Source: Girardia tigrina
Taxonomy: Eukaryota
Length of the DNA: 64,000 nucleotides
Assembly (NCBI GenBank): GCA_001938485.1
Contig: MQRK01207995.1
Location: forward strand, 80,793 to 144,792
Reading direction: 5' to 3'
The translations under genes and the position numbers were made by a program. Every line of letters starts with the position of its first letter. Position 1 is the stretch's first letter. Under the pieces are notes generated by a model. The model searched no databases. It had not been told where the DNA came from and saw only the letters and a list, made by a program, of their open reading frames with translations. Shown here one piece after another: positions 13,425-28,800 of this stretch.

Positions 13425-16400
13425 AAGAAAAGAAGAAGAAAAGAAGAAGAAAATTGATAACAATCAACTAAATACCGGTTGTTGGGAAAGTCTTGTCGAA
13501 AGGCACTCCAAACAGATAAACATGTATATTTCAGAAAATATAAAAGATACTGTAATGAAACTTTATTATTAAATTCAAGTGGTTTAAATAATTTATTCAA
13601 AATGATCGCCTCCTGCATGCGAAACAAGTTTTACTGCCATTCGTTTACAAACAGATTTCTAAATATCCAAGATTGATTTAAAAAGAGTCTCAATGCTTAT
13701 AATCTCTAAACTAAATATAAATAAATTGTTACATATCAGGTTAAGTTCCTTAAATTAAGTGTCAAAGTCCATTGACAAGGCTTTCAATATACGCGGTATA
13801 TATTAAATTAGTTTGAACAACATACCATTAAATGACGTTTATGTTTAAAATATTGATAGAAATTTCTAAATTAATTAATTTTTTATGTACTTTTTTCTAA
13901 AACTTTGATAAAACATAGATATAAATAATATCCGACTGTGTTTTTTATCATAAAGAATTCAATTAGAGTTCAAATAAAAATAAGTGCAAATAAGGAATGT
14001 TTACATGGACCGTACATACGTCTCTCGCCATTAGTATCTGAATATTCAAATTAAAATTGTTAACAAACGAAAACATAAACTGAATTAATAAATTAATTAA
14101 AAGTGAAATATGAAGATCTAAATTTGAGTATTCATAATTAATTAAAAATTAAGACAAAATACAAATGAAAGCTTTTGTCAGGTTGTTAGAAGTGCTTTAC
14201 AAAACAAGAAACAATTATGATCAAAACACCGACTAACTTCAACGACATAGATCTTACCTTTGTCAACACAGTCTAAACAATAATAATAATAAGATAATTT
14301 TATAGTCATTAAATTTTATTTAAATGATAAAATTAATTATTTCAGACAAAATTATAAATAACAAAAGTAGGTCTTTGGTTTCCGAGGGCTCTCATAATGT
14401 TTAAAGCTGAGTGATAAATAGTGATAATTATCTTTTGATGTAATTGTTGGACAATTGTTTAATAAATTTTAATAACAAATTATTTAGTACAAAAAATCAA
14501 ATTTAATCTATATTTGTTTACAATTATAAAGACGATGAAAAAGATTCAAAAATAAAATTAAGAAAAAGTTGAAAAATGAAGGTAGGAACTGTATGTACTA
14601 CTTTTATCGAATTTTGGGGGTAAAATGTTTTACATTAATATTATAAACTAATTTGGGACTCGTCGTTTGAGTCTTGCGATGATTCTCTTCTAAGAAACCA
14701 GTAAAGGATAAATCTGGTTGTAGAAATTCTATAGTCAGTAAATTTTTATTCACTCAATGGTTCACAATCTTTCTCATACCGTGACTCTTTAATACAATTC
14801 CCAAAGCTCTGATGATGTGATTTATTAAAATATTTTACTACTAAAAAAATCAAGTTAATATAAAAATGTTTGAAACCATACTGATTAATTTCTCTCTAAA
14901 GCTGTGGATTTGAACATTTTTGCTAGAGCAGTACCTCACAAAAACATTCCTCTAGCTTGAATAACCCCTGTGCAATAATTTAATTGTCTCATACAGAAAA
15001 CAGTATTTATTTTTAAAATGAAATACAAATATTTATGTTCAGAGAATTGTACATGTTTGTTAATGAAATTAAAACAAAATTGTACATGTTTGAATAGACC
15101 AAATTTATTCTTGTTAGAAACTCAGTGGGAAATCTGAGTCTGGTGTTTCTTGCACAACTCTTTATGATTCGGTCGTGTTTTTGATAAACAAACAAATTTT
15201 ATCTACCACCGACAGCAATTGTGCTCGTTTCTTGTGTTTTATAGTTATCAGAGCTGAAAATCCAAATTTACCAAAATATGGAGTAAAAAATTACACGAGA
15301 AGTTGAAGCGCTTTTTGGGAAATTGTTGGATATTCATTTTCAACTAGCAACCAAAAATGCATTCAGGTTAATTATGTTAAGTTTTGTATATTTAAACTAT
15401 AAATAATAATAATAAAATAGATTTTCAAAATTAAATTTAATATGTTTATTTGATTGTCGTTCAAATTTAGAAATTGTAGAACTCCTGGAGTGTACTGGGA
15501 GGACCCTAGTTGAAAACTCTTGCTCTAAAATCTATCCTCGAATAAAACTAGCACTAAAATATCGTATTCCAACCAATGAAAAAATAAAAAAAACAAGGTT
15601 TACACATTAAAACAAATAAAATCCTATATAAGGTTATAAAAAGTTATTCGAGCCCCTACTGGCTGCAAACCCTTGGCCTAATAAAACGTTAGTTTTGGTA
15701 ACTTTGAAAAAAAATAGTTGGATACAAATCTCGTAACGATAATTTTATTTTCTATCAATTTTCATTAAAAATAACACCAAAACCTTTAAATAATTACAGC
15801 AGGGAACAGAATATGACTGTTATACATTTAAAATAAAATTATTTCCGATTCTAAGATTTATTAATTATAACACAATATCAATAATCTCAACTATTTAATG
15901 GGGAAAATAGTGATGTTATAATGACTCACATTTTCAAAGCATTTTCATTGGTTTACACTCTCAAACACACACATATTATCAACATAAATTCAACATACAT
16001 TCAGCATACATTCAACATCAGAAAAGTAACCCATAATATTATATCATTACAACTGATTTTACACAATCAATGTCATCAGCAATCACACAATAATTATTGT
16101 GTAATCAATCTTAGTTATTTCTGTTAGTAACAAACATTATTTATTACGTAACTATTCCTACTCACAATGACCACCACGAAAAATATGGCTTTACTTTGAA
16201 TGTCGTCGGAGATGATGGTTTTGCATAACTGAATCAAATCTGTCTGAGCTTTTACTAAAAATTGCGATAGAAAAGCAGTACCTATACTTTTTAAAGTACC
16301 TACATATAGAAAGTGAGTTAATAAAAAGAATGGAAAAATAATGTCGTTTTTTGAATGGTCCTGATTTTTGATCATGTGTTGAAATAAATCTTTATCATTT

Positions 16401-19400
16401 ATTTATGTTTTATACATAATTTTAAAGCTTATGAAAAACTCTATATTTCTGTGATACATTGTTTAAATATTAACTTTAAAATAACGTGTTTATTTAAATA
16501 GTTGTTAATATGCAAAAATCGTAATTACGAGCAATTTTTTTTATATGAATTCAAACTTGGTCAAAAAGCATCAGAGGCTGCCCGCAATATCGACGGTGCA
16601 TTGGGCGATGGAACCCGAAACGAACGTATGTTACAACGTTGGTTCAAAAAATTTTAAGGAGATGAGATCCTCAAAGATGATGATGGCTGTGGACGGAAAC
16701 CTTCCATTGAAAATGAAAATTTGAAGGCTCTAGTAGAAGCAAATCAACGCACAATAGTTCGAGAGCTTGTGGAGGAACTAGGTGTCACAATAAGAACAAT
16801 TTTAAACCATCTGGATAAATAAAAAAAAAAACTGGATAAATGGATTCCATACGAATTAAATGACAATCAAAAAATGCGTCGTTTTGAGGTATCGTCTTCA
16901 CTTCTTCTACGGAACAAGAATGGTCCGTTTCTGGACCGAATTGCAACTTGTGATGAAGAGTGGATTCTCTACGACAATCGGAGACTTTCTTCTCAATGGT
17001 TGAACCACAATCAAGCTCCTCAACCCCTTTCGAGGCCGAAATTGTACCAAAAAAGAGGATGGTGACTGTTTGGTGGTCTGTAAACGGTGTTATTCATCAT
17101 AGCTTCCTAAATCCAGGAGAAACAATTACGGCAGAGAGATACTGTCAGGAAATTTTCAAAATGAACCAGAAACTTCAACAACAACAACAACCAGCATTAG
17201 TCATTAGGAAGAGGCCTATTCTTCTCCACGACAACGCTCGGCCACACATCGCACATCTGACAATGCAACTGTTGATCGAACTTGGCTACAAAACTTTGAG
17301 TTTTCCACTGTACTCACCTGACCTCTCGCCTACTGATTATCACTTTTTAAAACATGTTGACATTTTCCTACAATAGAAATACTTCAAAAATCAAGGGCAT
17401 GCTGAAACTGCTTTCAACGATTTAATCGCCTCCAAAAAGCCAGAATTTTATGCAACCGGAATAAATAAACTTGTGCAACGTTGAAAAAAGTGTATTGATG
17501 CTAATGGTTTTTATTTCGATTAATAAAGTTGATTCTACGCTGAGATATTTGTCTTTAAAGATTAACGTTAAAAAACGACATAATTTTTTAAACAACCTAA
17601 TAAGTTTAAATTGAATTTTGAATAGATTAAATAAATGTTTTTAAATAAACCATTTTTAAAGTAAAATAATTTTTAAATAAAATTCCACCGGAGAATATTC
17701 TACAGCCATATAGTCGTTTTATAAGGGTCTATGAAAGAAATATCTGACAATCACTAAATGATAATAGAGTTAAAATATAAATTATTAGAAATAAATAAAG
17801 TTAAAAAATGGTAGGAATGATATCGACCCTTCCATACAAACACATTAAAAAAATATAAGAGGAACATATGACGAAAAAATAGAAATATTTTATAATGATT
17901 AAATAAAATTTCTAATTATTATTTGCTAAAATTAATAACTTTTGAATAAATACTCAAAAAAAATTTATTCTGACCTGAATTCTCGTCATTCTTGCTTCTA
18001 AGGAATTGGTTGTTCCTTCCATATGTTCACAAAGACCAATTTTCTTTTTCAAAACATTTAAATAATCTTGAGCTTGTAAAAAGGATGTCTCTAGTGTTTC
18101 ATGATTTTGATGACTTTTCACACAAAGTTCCTTTGCATTTTCCAACAAATCTTGGGAGGTATTGAAAGAAGCCCTCAGGTCGTTTATTTCGGAGGCCAGT
18201 TCATTGTTTTCTTCTGATTCAGTATAATTTTCTAATCTTTGAATGGAATTATTCAATCTATTAAAACTTTGTTTCAATTCGAGAAACTTTTGCAACTGAC
18301 GATCCTTGTTTTCCAATCCCATAATGAAGTGTATCTTTACGGGATCCGTTTCTTCAATTTCTTCTAATAATGATAAATTAATGTCTGTGTACTGTGCTTT
18401 ACATTTTTCTATTTTATCAAATAAAGATTCGTTTTTCTTAATTTTCTCTTCAAGAATTTCCAAAAGAGTCGGTAAATCATCGAATATTTCGTGCCACTGC
18501 TTTTTATTTATTTTCAACTTTGATTTAATATTTTCTCTACCTGCAGAAGTTAGACATGGAAGAATAGCTTCTCCATTTGAGGAGATGGATAAAATGACTT
18601 CGAACTTCTGGTTCTTTTCATTCAATAAAGACCTTATGAAGTCTCTCATATTGAAATCATGCATTGACTTCATTTGTCTTCTTTTCCCTATCGTCTTATC
18701 ATACCAATTGTTCCATTCGTTAACAAGTTTGTTGAATGTTTTAAAGTCTAATGAAACTTTCTCTAGATGAGTGATTTTTGTCTAATAAATAAAATGTATT
18801 AAACAATAAACTGCTTACAGAAAATTACTTTGACAAGATCCAAAAGATTTTCACATCTCTCCTTCAAATCCGAATGCTTCGTATCCGAACTGTCATGTAA
18901 AGAACTTGGAAGAAACGCAATATCTTCTTGTTTAATGATTATTTCGTCCAAAAGTGACTGAAGATTTACAAAATTAAAAATACAACAAAATAAAAAAACA
19001 ACGTGTTCTTAGCCAAAACATTTTTAAAAAAAAATATTATATTTCTTTTTCTTAAAATATTCCTTAAGTTCTGTCCGAATTTTACCTTTTTAAAAATTGA
19101 ACGAATTTAAGGAGTATTTTATATCTGATTGAGTTGAATATTATTAGTATATTACAGTCTATGTAGAGGAATATGTGAATGAAATAACTCGCTGAAAATG
19201 GTGTGTGAAATGCAGCTGTGAAGATTTCGTCCTAGAAGATGAGGATCGAACAGGTCGCGCCTTTGAGTTTGATGATAAACTTCATGAAGCAACTCTGAAT
19301 GAAACTCCAAGTTCATCAGTTTAGGAATCGGTCATAAAGCTTAGTTCAAACCCTAAAACAGTTCATCATCATCTTTAACAATTTGGAAAAGTTCCTAAAC

Positions 19401-19949
19401 CTGACAAAATTGGTGCCTCATGAATTGTCCGCAAAAATCTCAAATCCAAAGTTAAAATATGCTCTTCTCTTCGTTCTGGACAACTTGTTTTACTTTTTTT
19501 GGTTAGACTTGTGACTAGCAACGAAAAATGGATATTTAATTGTAATGGCAAGTGTCATAGACTTTGTACTCACATATATACAGAGCCGTAGTAAGGAAAA
19601 ATTACGCCCTGTGCGAAGTTCAAATCTGGCGCCCCCAGCACGAAAAAGATTCACTACTACAAATTATGCCTTAAAAGAATTACATTGACTTTGGACGTTT
19701 GTATTCACATGCTCTATGACGCAGCATTGATGCTTAAGCCTTGCATCGCCTAGCTATAAGAAAACATGAATTTATTCGGATAAATTCATGGATGCTTTGC
19801 CATTAAACAAAAAATTATTACTATAATTATTATTATAAAGTGATTAGCCTACAGAGATCTGATCTGTCAAAATTGGTCATTTTGCGATTTTAGCGCCCCT
19901 TCAGATTTTGGCACCCATGCGTCCGCTCGAACCGCCCTCACTACGGCTC

Positions 19950-19988
<39 letters not shown>

Positions 19989-22804
19989 TTTGTAGTAACT
20001 TTGTACATGGGAAAGACTCCAGCCACAACCAAGAAGAAGAATTCCTTGAGAAAAGGTTCTTTCAATCTGGTGGGATTACCAAGGAAAATTCAACTTCAAA
20101 TTATTACAACGTAATACAATAATTAATGCTGTCAGTGATTAAAACGTTTGAACCAAGCTTTCAGAAATAGATACCTGTTTTTCTGAATTCAAAATGGGTG
20201 ATGTTTCATCAAGACAATGCACGAACCACAAAGCAAAGGGTGAAAGAACTTGTTCTGGAGAAAACTCTTCATGCACCCTTTTCTCCCAACCTTACTCCTT
20301 CAGAAAATCATTTATTTCTTGGCTTACAAAATCATTTAAAAGAAATAATTTTTGCAAAAAAAGATGGTAAAATTGGCATTTGTGAGTTCTTCAGTTCACA
20401 ACCAAAAGAAATTTACAATAATAGAATAGATAAACGTGTTAATTGATGAAAGGAGGTTGTGGATAATCGAGGAAAATACATTAGTGACCTTTTGCAACTT
20501 GATTCTTTATTCTAATTGCTACAAAACGAATGTGATGAGAGGATAATTTTTATGTCCTATTTTTAATTTTTTTTAAAACTAGTTTTATGTTTTCTTCATT
20601 TAAAAATGATTTCAATAATAATGGATTTTTGTAAAATATAAAATTAGTTCATCTGAAAAAGTGATATCCTTTAAATAAAATTAAAAATACTCCCCTAAAC
20701 CGTTCTTAATTTAAATGGCGAGTCGATACAAAAGGGTTTGCTGTATGATTGAGATTAAGGTGAAACAATGATCAGATGGACAGGAAATAAATGATAAAAA
20801 TTAACATTCTTAAATAAATGTTATTCATTAATGTGGTGTAAATGTTTAAAAATAAATGATAAATATAAAATTCCATAACAAAATAAAAAATAATAAAAAG
20901 ATTCCATTAATTATTTAAAAAATTACTTTTAGTCTTTTGACTTCTTCATGAATCTCCCGTTCCCCATCAACTTGATCCGTCAGTTTCATTTTTTTCTCTT
21001 CCTTCTTTAACCAGGATCTTATACTCTCCTCGACAACATTCTTTTCCTTTATTTCTGACAATTTTCTCTCTAATTTCAGTTTTAACTCTTCGGCCGTCTT
21101 TTTTGTTTCAAGAAAATTGCAATTAATATCATCAATATCCTTTTGAATGATGGTTAAACCGTCATTGGAGAAGCATCGCAAATTGTTTATATTGAGTTTA
21201 ATACAATCTGTTATTAAAGATTCGTTTTTATCCAACGACACGAGTATTTCCTGATTCAATTGAGTCAAATGTTTCCTCTAAAAATACAAAAATTAATAAA
21301 ATTACGTTTATTTTGTGAATTTCGTTTTCGAGCTGATAGAAAGTTTCATTAGTATGATATGACCGGGATAACTTTCCTTGGACCTGCTTGATAAAACCTT
21401 TGGCGGCTTGCGTCAAGTTCTGATACTCCTTGAATTCCTGAATTGCTTTTCGATGTTCTTTTATATCATCCTAAGATATAAATGTCAAAGATTTTATGTT
21501 TGATATAATTTTTTTATCAAATTACTTCTATTTTTTGTTTCATCAATTCGATCTTCTGGAACATTTGATTCATTATTTCGTTCGAACGATCTTGATCTGA
21601 TGTTTTAGATTTATGTTGATTGGCATTCTTAAGTTCAATAATTTTCAGTTTGATCTCTTCAGATTCGGAAAGAAGGGACCGAAGAACTGTTTCATTGTTT
21701 TGTAGGGAAACCAAATCAGTTGGTTTTGACAAAGATTCCAGTTGAAATTCCACTCGTTTTATATCTTCTTCAAGAACTTGTTTCTTTAAATTAAATTTTG
21801 CTACATGATCAATTTGCTGTTTCAATATCGAATTAAGTTCATGAATTTTGGTATCAATTAACTGAAGATGTCTTGCGCGACTTCTGTGATCTTCGGATAA
21901 CTCAAGAAACCGGTCGGAATGTTTGTCGACATCGTTTTGTAAAATTGAGGATAGATTGCCTTGAATATTATGCAATTGTTCACTTCCTTGGATTAACTTT
22001 TGAACTCCACTATTATTCAATGGATTCTTTTCCGTTCTCATAAGGTCTTCTTGAATCTCTTTGGCCAAATCAACAAAATCTTGATCTAACTTACAATATT
22101 TTTCCTTTATTAATGTCTGATGACTGAATTTTTCATAAATGCGATTTAGTTGTTCGACTAATTCCGATAATTTGTGTTGAAAATTATTCATATCAAAATG
22201 AACCTTTGGAGATCTCGCAAGAAGACTCGACGAATTACTCAATGCTTTAACTTCTCCAAGAGTCTTTTCGTTCTCGACGATTTTTAATTTGAAATCCTAA
22301 ATCAAACATAAAAAAGTAAAGTATTTTATTAAGCAAAAAATTTAAATATAATAAATAATAAATGTAAATTTTAGTTTGAGATAGTAATGTAAATAAACTT
22401 TATTTATGAGTAGAAAGAATAAAAAAAGAAAAGATAAAAAGAAAAAAATGGTTAAATATGAGAAAAGTAAGTTAATTGACAATATTAGGTTCGTAATTAA
22501 AATTGGAAGTCATAATTTTGTAAACTTTATTTCTACTACAATTTTTATTATTGAAACAAATTTATGAGGAACAATATTTCAATTACATAATCCAGATCTC
22601 AAAATTCTAAATATAAATAATAATATCGATAAATATATAAATGTTATTTTATTCAAATTTTGATTTTTTTTGATTTTAAATCATTTGATTATAAATTATT
22701 TCTTTTTACTTTGTTTTTTAATAAAATTGCAAAAATAACTTACCAACTTAAAATACAAAAATATTTAAATTTATTATTATTTAATAGAGATTCATTAATT
22801 ATAA

Positions 22805-22840
<36 letters not shown>

Positions 22841-25800
22841 NNNNNNNNNNNNNNNNNNNNNNNNNNNNNNNNNNNNNNNNNNNNNNNNNNTAATTTGCAG
22901 AATTTCCAACTGCCTTTTAACTTTAAATTATCTTTTTTATTACATCTCTGACAACAAAAATTTTAACAAAAAATTCTTCCGAATAACTCTTAAAATAAAT
23001 GCAAAACAAATAAAATTCAATTATTTATGATATTAACTTTTTTAAAATTAATTAAGATTTTTTTTACTAATAACTGTTTAAAACTTTTGATTTTATTTTA
23101 GAGATTATTTATAACAATTATTATTTCCAAAAATTTAAAGAATGAGCTTGTTCTTTTTTAAGAATTTAAAAGGTTTTTTATTTTAAAGAATTATTTCATT
23201 TTAATTAATCGAACATTATTTATAATTTACTTAAAATACAAATATGATTTTTTAAAAAATATCAAAAATTTAAAGTTCACCAAAAGTAACCACAACAGGC
23301 AAAAAAAATTACTACCAAAACAAGCCTTCCTCATATCTTGTTATCCAGAAGCTTTAGTGAACAAATAATACACTTAAGTGAGTTTTGGTTTCGCTACTTT
23401 TGTCTTTTATTTAAACCTTCAGCATCCTCCACTATTGTAACCTTCTTAAGAATTAAATTAAGGAGATTTGAATAATAAAAGTGAGTAATTATAATATTTC
23501 GGATTATTCTCAACTGTTTTAATCAAATCTTTGTTCCTTAAGTCAATAAACTTAGAAATAATGTTATATAAAGAAGGAACTCAATGTCGCTAGAACACAA
23601 AATATTCATTGGAATTTTTTTTAAATAAAAGATTGTTTAATAGAAAAATTTATATAAGTAATGGAAAATTTAAAGTTTAGGACCATTTTAAAATGGAGAA
23701 AAAATCGGAACATTTACGACACATTATGATCTTCTACTATAGAAAATAAAAAAATGTAATTGCAACCTGGAAAAGATTGTGAATATTTATTGAAAGAATG
23801 CGTTAATTAAATCTATTGTAAAAAGATGGTTTGTTAAATTCAAAACTGGAAATTCTGACTTCGAAAATGTCAATCGCCCTGGACGACCTTTCGATGTTTA
23901 TGCTTGTCAAATTAAGGAACAGATTCAGTCAAATCCAAGATTAACTATTCGTGACATAGCAGAGGCTGTGGGTATTTAAAAAAAGCACGCTACATGATCA
24001 TTTGGTGAAACTTAGTTATATTTTCCGATACGATATATGGCTTCCTCATAAACTGTCTCTGAAAAGAATTGTATGAATCATTTTTTCGACATGCGATATG
24101 CTCATAAAACGCAACGAAACAACACCTTTTCTGAGACAAGTTATAACAGAAGATGAGAAGTAGATTGCATACGACAATGTGGTGAGAAGAAAATCATGAA
24201 TTCACTCATCTTAGCATCCACCAGCAATTCCAAAGCGTCCATACACCAAAAATAGTCATGCTCTGTGTTTGGTGGGATTTTAAAGGTGTCATAAATTACG
24301 AGATTCTTTCACAGAATCAAACAGTTAATTCTGATGTGTACTGTCATCAGCTAAAACATTCGAACCAAAAAATACAGGAAAAGCATCTGGAACTGGCAAA
24401 AAGAAAAGGTGTTCTGCTTAAACAGGACAACGCAAAACAACATATTGTTTTATCATCACTAGAAGAAAATTATACGACCTTGGTTTGGAGGTGTTACTCC
24501 ACACATCATATTTACCTGATCAGACTGTTGTCAACTGAGAGACTTTCAAAAATCATGGGGATGCGTTTTTTGAGTCAAACCCGATACAGTTCTATACCGA
24601 TGGAATTTTGGAATAACCTGAAATATAGGTTAAGGTGATAGAACATAACGGTAAACACTTTACTGAATAAATTTTGTTCTTTCTTGTAAAAAAATGATTT
24701 TTATTTTCATGAAATAATGGGCATTATTTTTCGGACAACCCAATAAAAGTGGTGCTTATTTGTATTGATACGTTAAAAAAACAATTATATTCTTTCTACT
24801 ATATTAGTACAGTTTTTTATTTTTCAAATCATGTTATTGGAAAGAATAATTAATTGAAGATTACAAAATTCCAAGTAAAAGGAAAAAAACTGAAAAAAGA
24901 AAACAAATTTATAAATACGGATCTTCTTTATTGTGTGTATAAATTTTGTTATAATAGTTAAAATTTAATGAAATGAAAAAATTGTTTCAACACAATAAAA
25001 AAGCGGTTTTCAAGACACAACAGAAAATAATTATTTACCGTTCAGAAACAATCAATAATAATAGAAACGATTTAAAAGACAAATCTGAAATTAAATAAAG
25101 AAAATCCAAGTTTGAGAAACGATCCAATGAGTAAAATGAATTGTACAGTATGATTCATAAGTCTGTTCGCCCCCTCATATTTTGATTACTTATTTTCTAA
25201 CTAAAAATTTGACGTCATATTAATTTTGATTATTTGTTTATATATAGTTTTTTATGCTACACATTTGAATTTATATGTTAAATATTGAAATTTTCATTAA
25301 TGACTTATTTTTTTAAAATTTTAGATAAATTAAATATCAAGAGTATTTAGTGAATTTGAGCATGGAATGATTGTTGCGCTTAAAAATGCAGGAAATACAT
25401 GGAATCAAATGAAGGTCGAACTATTTACAAGATATAATAGAAATATTTCAAAACGTGGAATGCAAAAAATATGGGCGAAGTATTTAAAAACAGGAGAAGT
25501 GAAAGATCAGCCACGTGGATCAGATCAGACCTCTTTACAGCTTTGAATGCCAGTATTCCATATTTCTGTAAAATCCTTTCAAATGTAATGGTGTGAGTGA
25601 GCATTTATAAAATAATAATAATAATAATAAATAATACCTATTATTATAAAAAATATGTGTACTTGTATTCTTTTCATGCTGCTCTGATTGGAATCCCATG
25701 ACCTCTCCAAATACATCAAATCTGTGACCATATTACTTATTGAATCTTCCAAATCATTAACTATTTTATTATAGTGAGAACTTAGATCCAGTTCTGTGTC

Positions 25801-28800
25801 ACATTGAGTAATAAATTCATTTATACTTTGCAATAAATCCTCAATCTTTGTAGAAATCTCTCTAGTGGATTTATTCAATTTCAGAGTTTTCAAATGAGGT
25901 TCAATTTTATCTCCATATGTTTGATCAAGTAAGAATAATTGATCCTGAATTTTAGAGTTTTGCTTTCGAAGTTCCAATGCTTGCATTTTCGATTTCGATA
26001 CACTTTCGATATCTGAAAAACCCCGAGAACACAGGGAATTTAATGAGTCTTGATTGGTAGTGATTTGAGATTCGATATCATTTAATAAATGCAAATAATT
26101 TATTTGAAGTTCTTGTTGGTCTTGTGAAAAAGAAAAATCTTTCTTAATGTTTTGTAAAAGTCGTTCATACTGGGCTAAAAAGTGTCCAGCTGACTCCTGG
26201 CAAGTGCTGTAGCCAGAATCACTTGCTAATGACCTTAGATGGTCAACTTGTGATCTGTTGCTCAAAACATTGTTTAGGAGATCCTAAAATATTTGTAAAA
26301 ATTAAATTACATATGAAATTTAATAATGAAAATTCCAATATTAAAGTGATTGTTACATATGATAATTGTATGAGGTGGCCTGCCGAAAATTTTTTATATA
26401 TTTGTTTTAAGGAATAATGATAAACAGTAAAAAGATTAGAATTAAATTCGTCATCAATTATTTTGAAAATTATTTTATTGTAACAAAGTAAAATTGATAA
26501 ATTGAGTTCAAGAGTGTAATAATATCTAGTAACATATTAAACTTAAACATTCATTAATTCCAGATATGATATCTGTTGATTTCGGGATTATGTATTGTTG
26601 AAGATCTTTTTGATTTCGATATTCTTCTTTTCAAGGTTTAACTCAAATTAGATGATCCATTTTTCATCAATGTCTTCTGAAAAATCCAAGCTAAAATCGT
26701 CACGATTCATCATGATATCGATGTCCTCCATGTTATAGTAATCTAAGTCTACATCCTAGTGATTTCCATGGTTTCCGACTTCCATAATGCATAACTATTT
26801 CCTTTTTCCTTTAATGCAGGGGTCGGCAACTTTTTCCCCTCTGAATGCCAAATAGGTATGTAAGATGATTGGGAAGGGCCGCACACTTAAAATAACACAA
26901 CCTTCCTTTTCTTAGTAGCGAAATAAGTGATAATTACAATTTAATAAAAAAATATGAAAATTATGAGGACCGGCATGTGGCCCACAGGCCGCAGGCTACA
27001 ACCTCTACTTTAACTTATTTTTTATATTTTACAAAAAAATGTTTCTCGATTTTTGTGTTTCTGACGTGATAATTTTGCATATATTATTGAATTATTCCAT
27101 ACATTAATCTCAATGAGGCATAGAAGCGAAGGTAACTTATAATTAAACCATGTTTTCCAAAAACCTAAATTATCTTTCAAATATCCTTATGGAGCTTCAT
27201 TTATAATAGATACCATTACTTTAAACGTGGGTTTCGTTAAATGAACGTTTTGAAACTTTTGACATGTTCCATTCGAATGCGTACCGATTTTTATTTATAA
27301 TTTGTATATATTTGCATATACATTTAGTTTTGTATTAGTCTATATGGGGTCAGCCATTATAGTACACATTTGAAAGACCTTTAAAGGATATAAGTATAAT
27401 AAATAAAGATTCCTAAGATTTGACATAACAAAAACTACGTTAGGAATAATGTCATTAAATAATACTTTAGTGTTCACTAAATCTTATCTGCAGCAGCAAC
27501 CAATTTTTTTTTCTAGGTTATATTTAGTTTAATTTTTGATTTTATAATTATTTAAAATGTCTTAATTGGATTTGCGATTCCTGAAATTTTTGAGTTGGAA
27601 AAATCCAGACTTACATTAAAAATAATAAAAAGAAAAAGAAAAGACATTTGTTCATCCGGGCTACGGCATTAATTAAATTTCGATATTTAGTGTTGTTTTA
27701 ATAATCAACATATTTTGGAATTTTGAATTGATACATCATTATTGCATTATCATAACGTAATATGATTACTATGAAAGAATTTAAACGAATTTCTGTTCCA
27801 TTGAAATTTAAAGATCATTTCAATCATCGGTCATCTTCTCAAATCAGAAAATCCTCCGATAATTTTATGCAAAAATCGCCGACTGAATTTCGATCCTACA
27901 ACCCCCAAACTTAAATAGGACAATCGATATTTGATTAATTCAGTCTCGAAATTGCCGATATGGGACTTGACGAAATGCACTTTTTCGGATTTGGATTTGA
28001 GTACTGATGTTGTAAATGCCCTCAAAGAAAATCGATTCGTGTGTCCGACGAATATTCAAATTAGCACAATCCAAACAATCCTCATTGGACTGAATATGAT
28101 TTTGAGTGATGAAACCGGTGGCTGTAAAATCTTTGGCATGATATACGCAGCCGGTCTGAGGCTTGGAGACAGTCTCGTTGCGTTCATGCATAGAATGAGA
28201 TCTCTCGGCAGTGTCCCCTTGGATACGCACTTCCGTTTGTACAAGATCAGGTCACCTCAAATACTTTTCCCATAAATTTAATAAAATAAATAATAATAAT
28301 AATCAATATTTTATATTTTACTATTTGATAACCTTAATGACTATACAAATTATTCGTTCAATCGGTACTAGATTAGGGTTGAATAACTTAAGACTATTTC
28401 CTTATTTTGCTTATACATAATGTATATTTTCCCTATTCATTTATAAGCCTTTTCAATTATTAACAAGAGCCTCAAATATCCTTCGTTAATTTGTCTATAT
28501 AATGATAGGTAAAATCCTTCAGAATCCTCAATTGTTTGTCTATTCAAAAGAGAGATACAAGACTTAGCCTTATTCATAACACGCAAAGAGAATGAAAGGG
28601 CGAAAATTCAAAATAAATAACAAAGGATAATAATAATTGCATATCTATTCAAAAGACTCGAACGAATCTTTAGGCTACCCCAAATGATCTTTATAAACCT
28701 GGTGATAAGATTGACAGTATTGAAACTAAAGATAAGGGTTTACAAAGTCATGATTTATTCTTCTATGAAAACAAGACAAAAATTAATAAAAAAATATTGT

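Noticed and set aside
13346-13627. ORFs with poly-R/F/I/L tracts
   Set aside because: Artefacts of the (AAT)n(AAG)n microsatellite.
28136-28260. H/ACA snoRNA
   Set aside because: H-box-like hexamer present, but no ACA after hairpin 2 and no clear pseudouridylation pockets.
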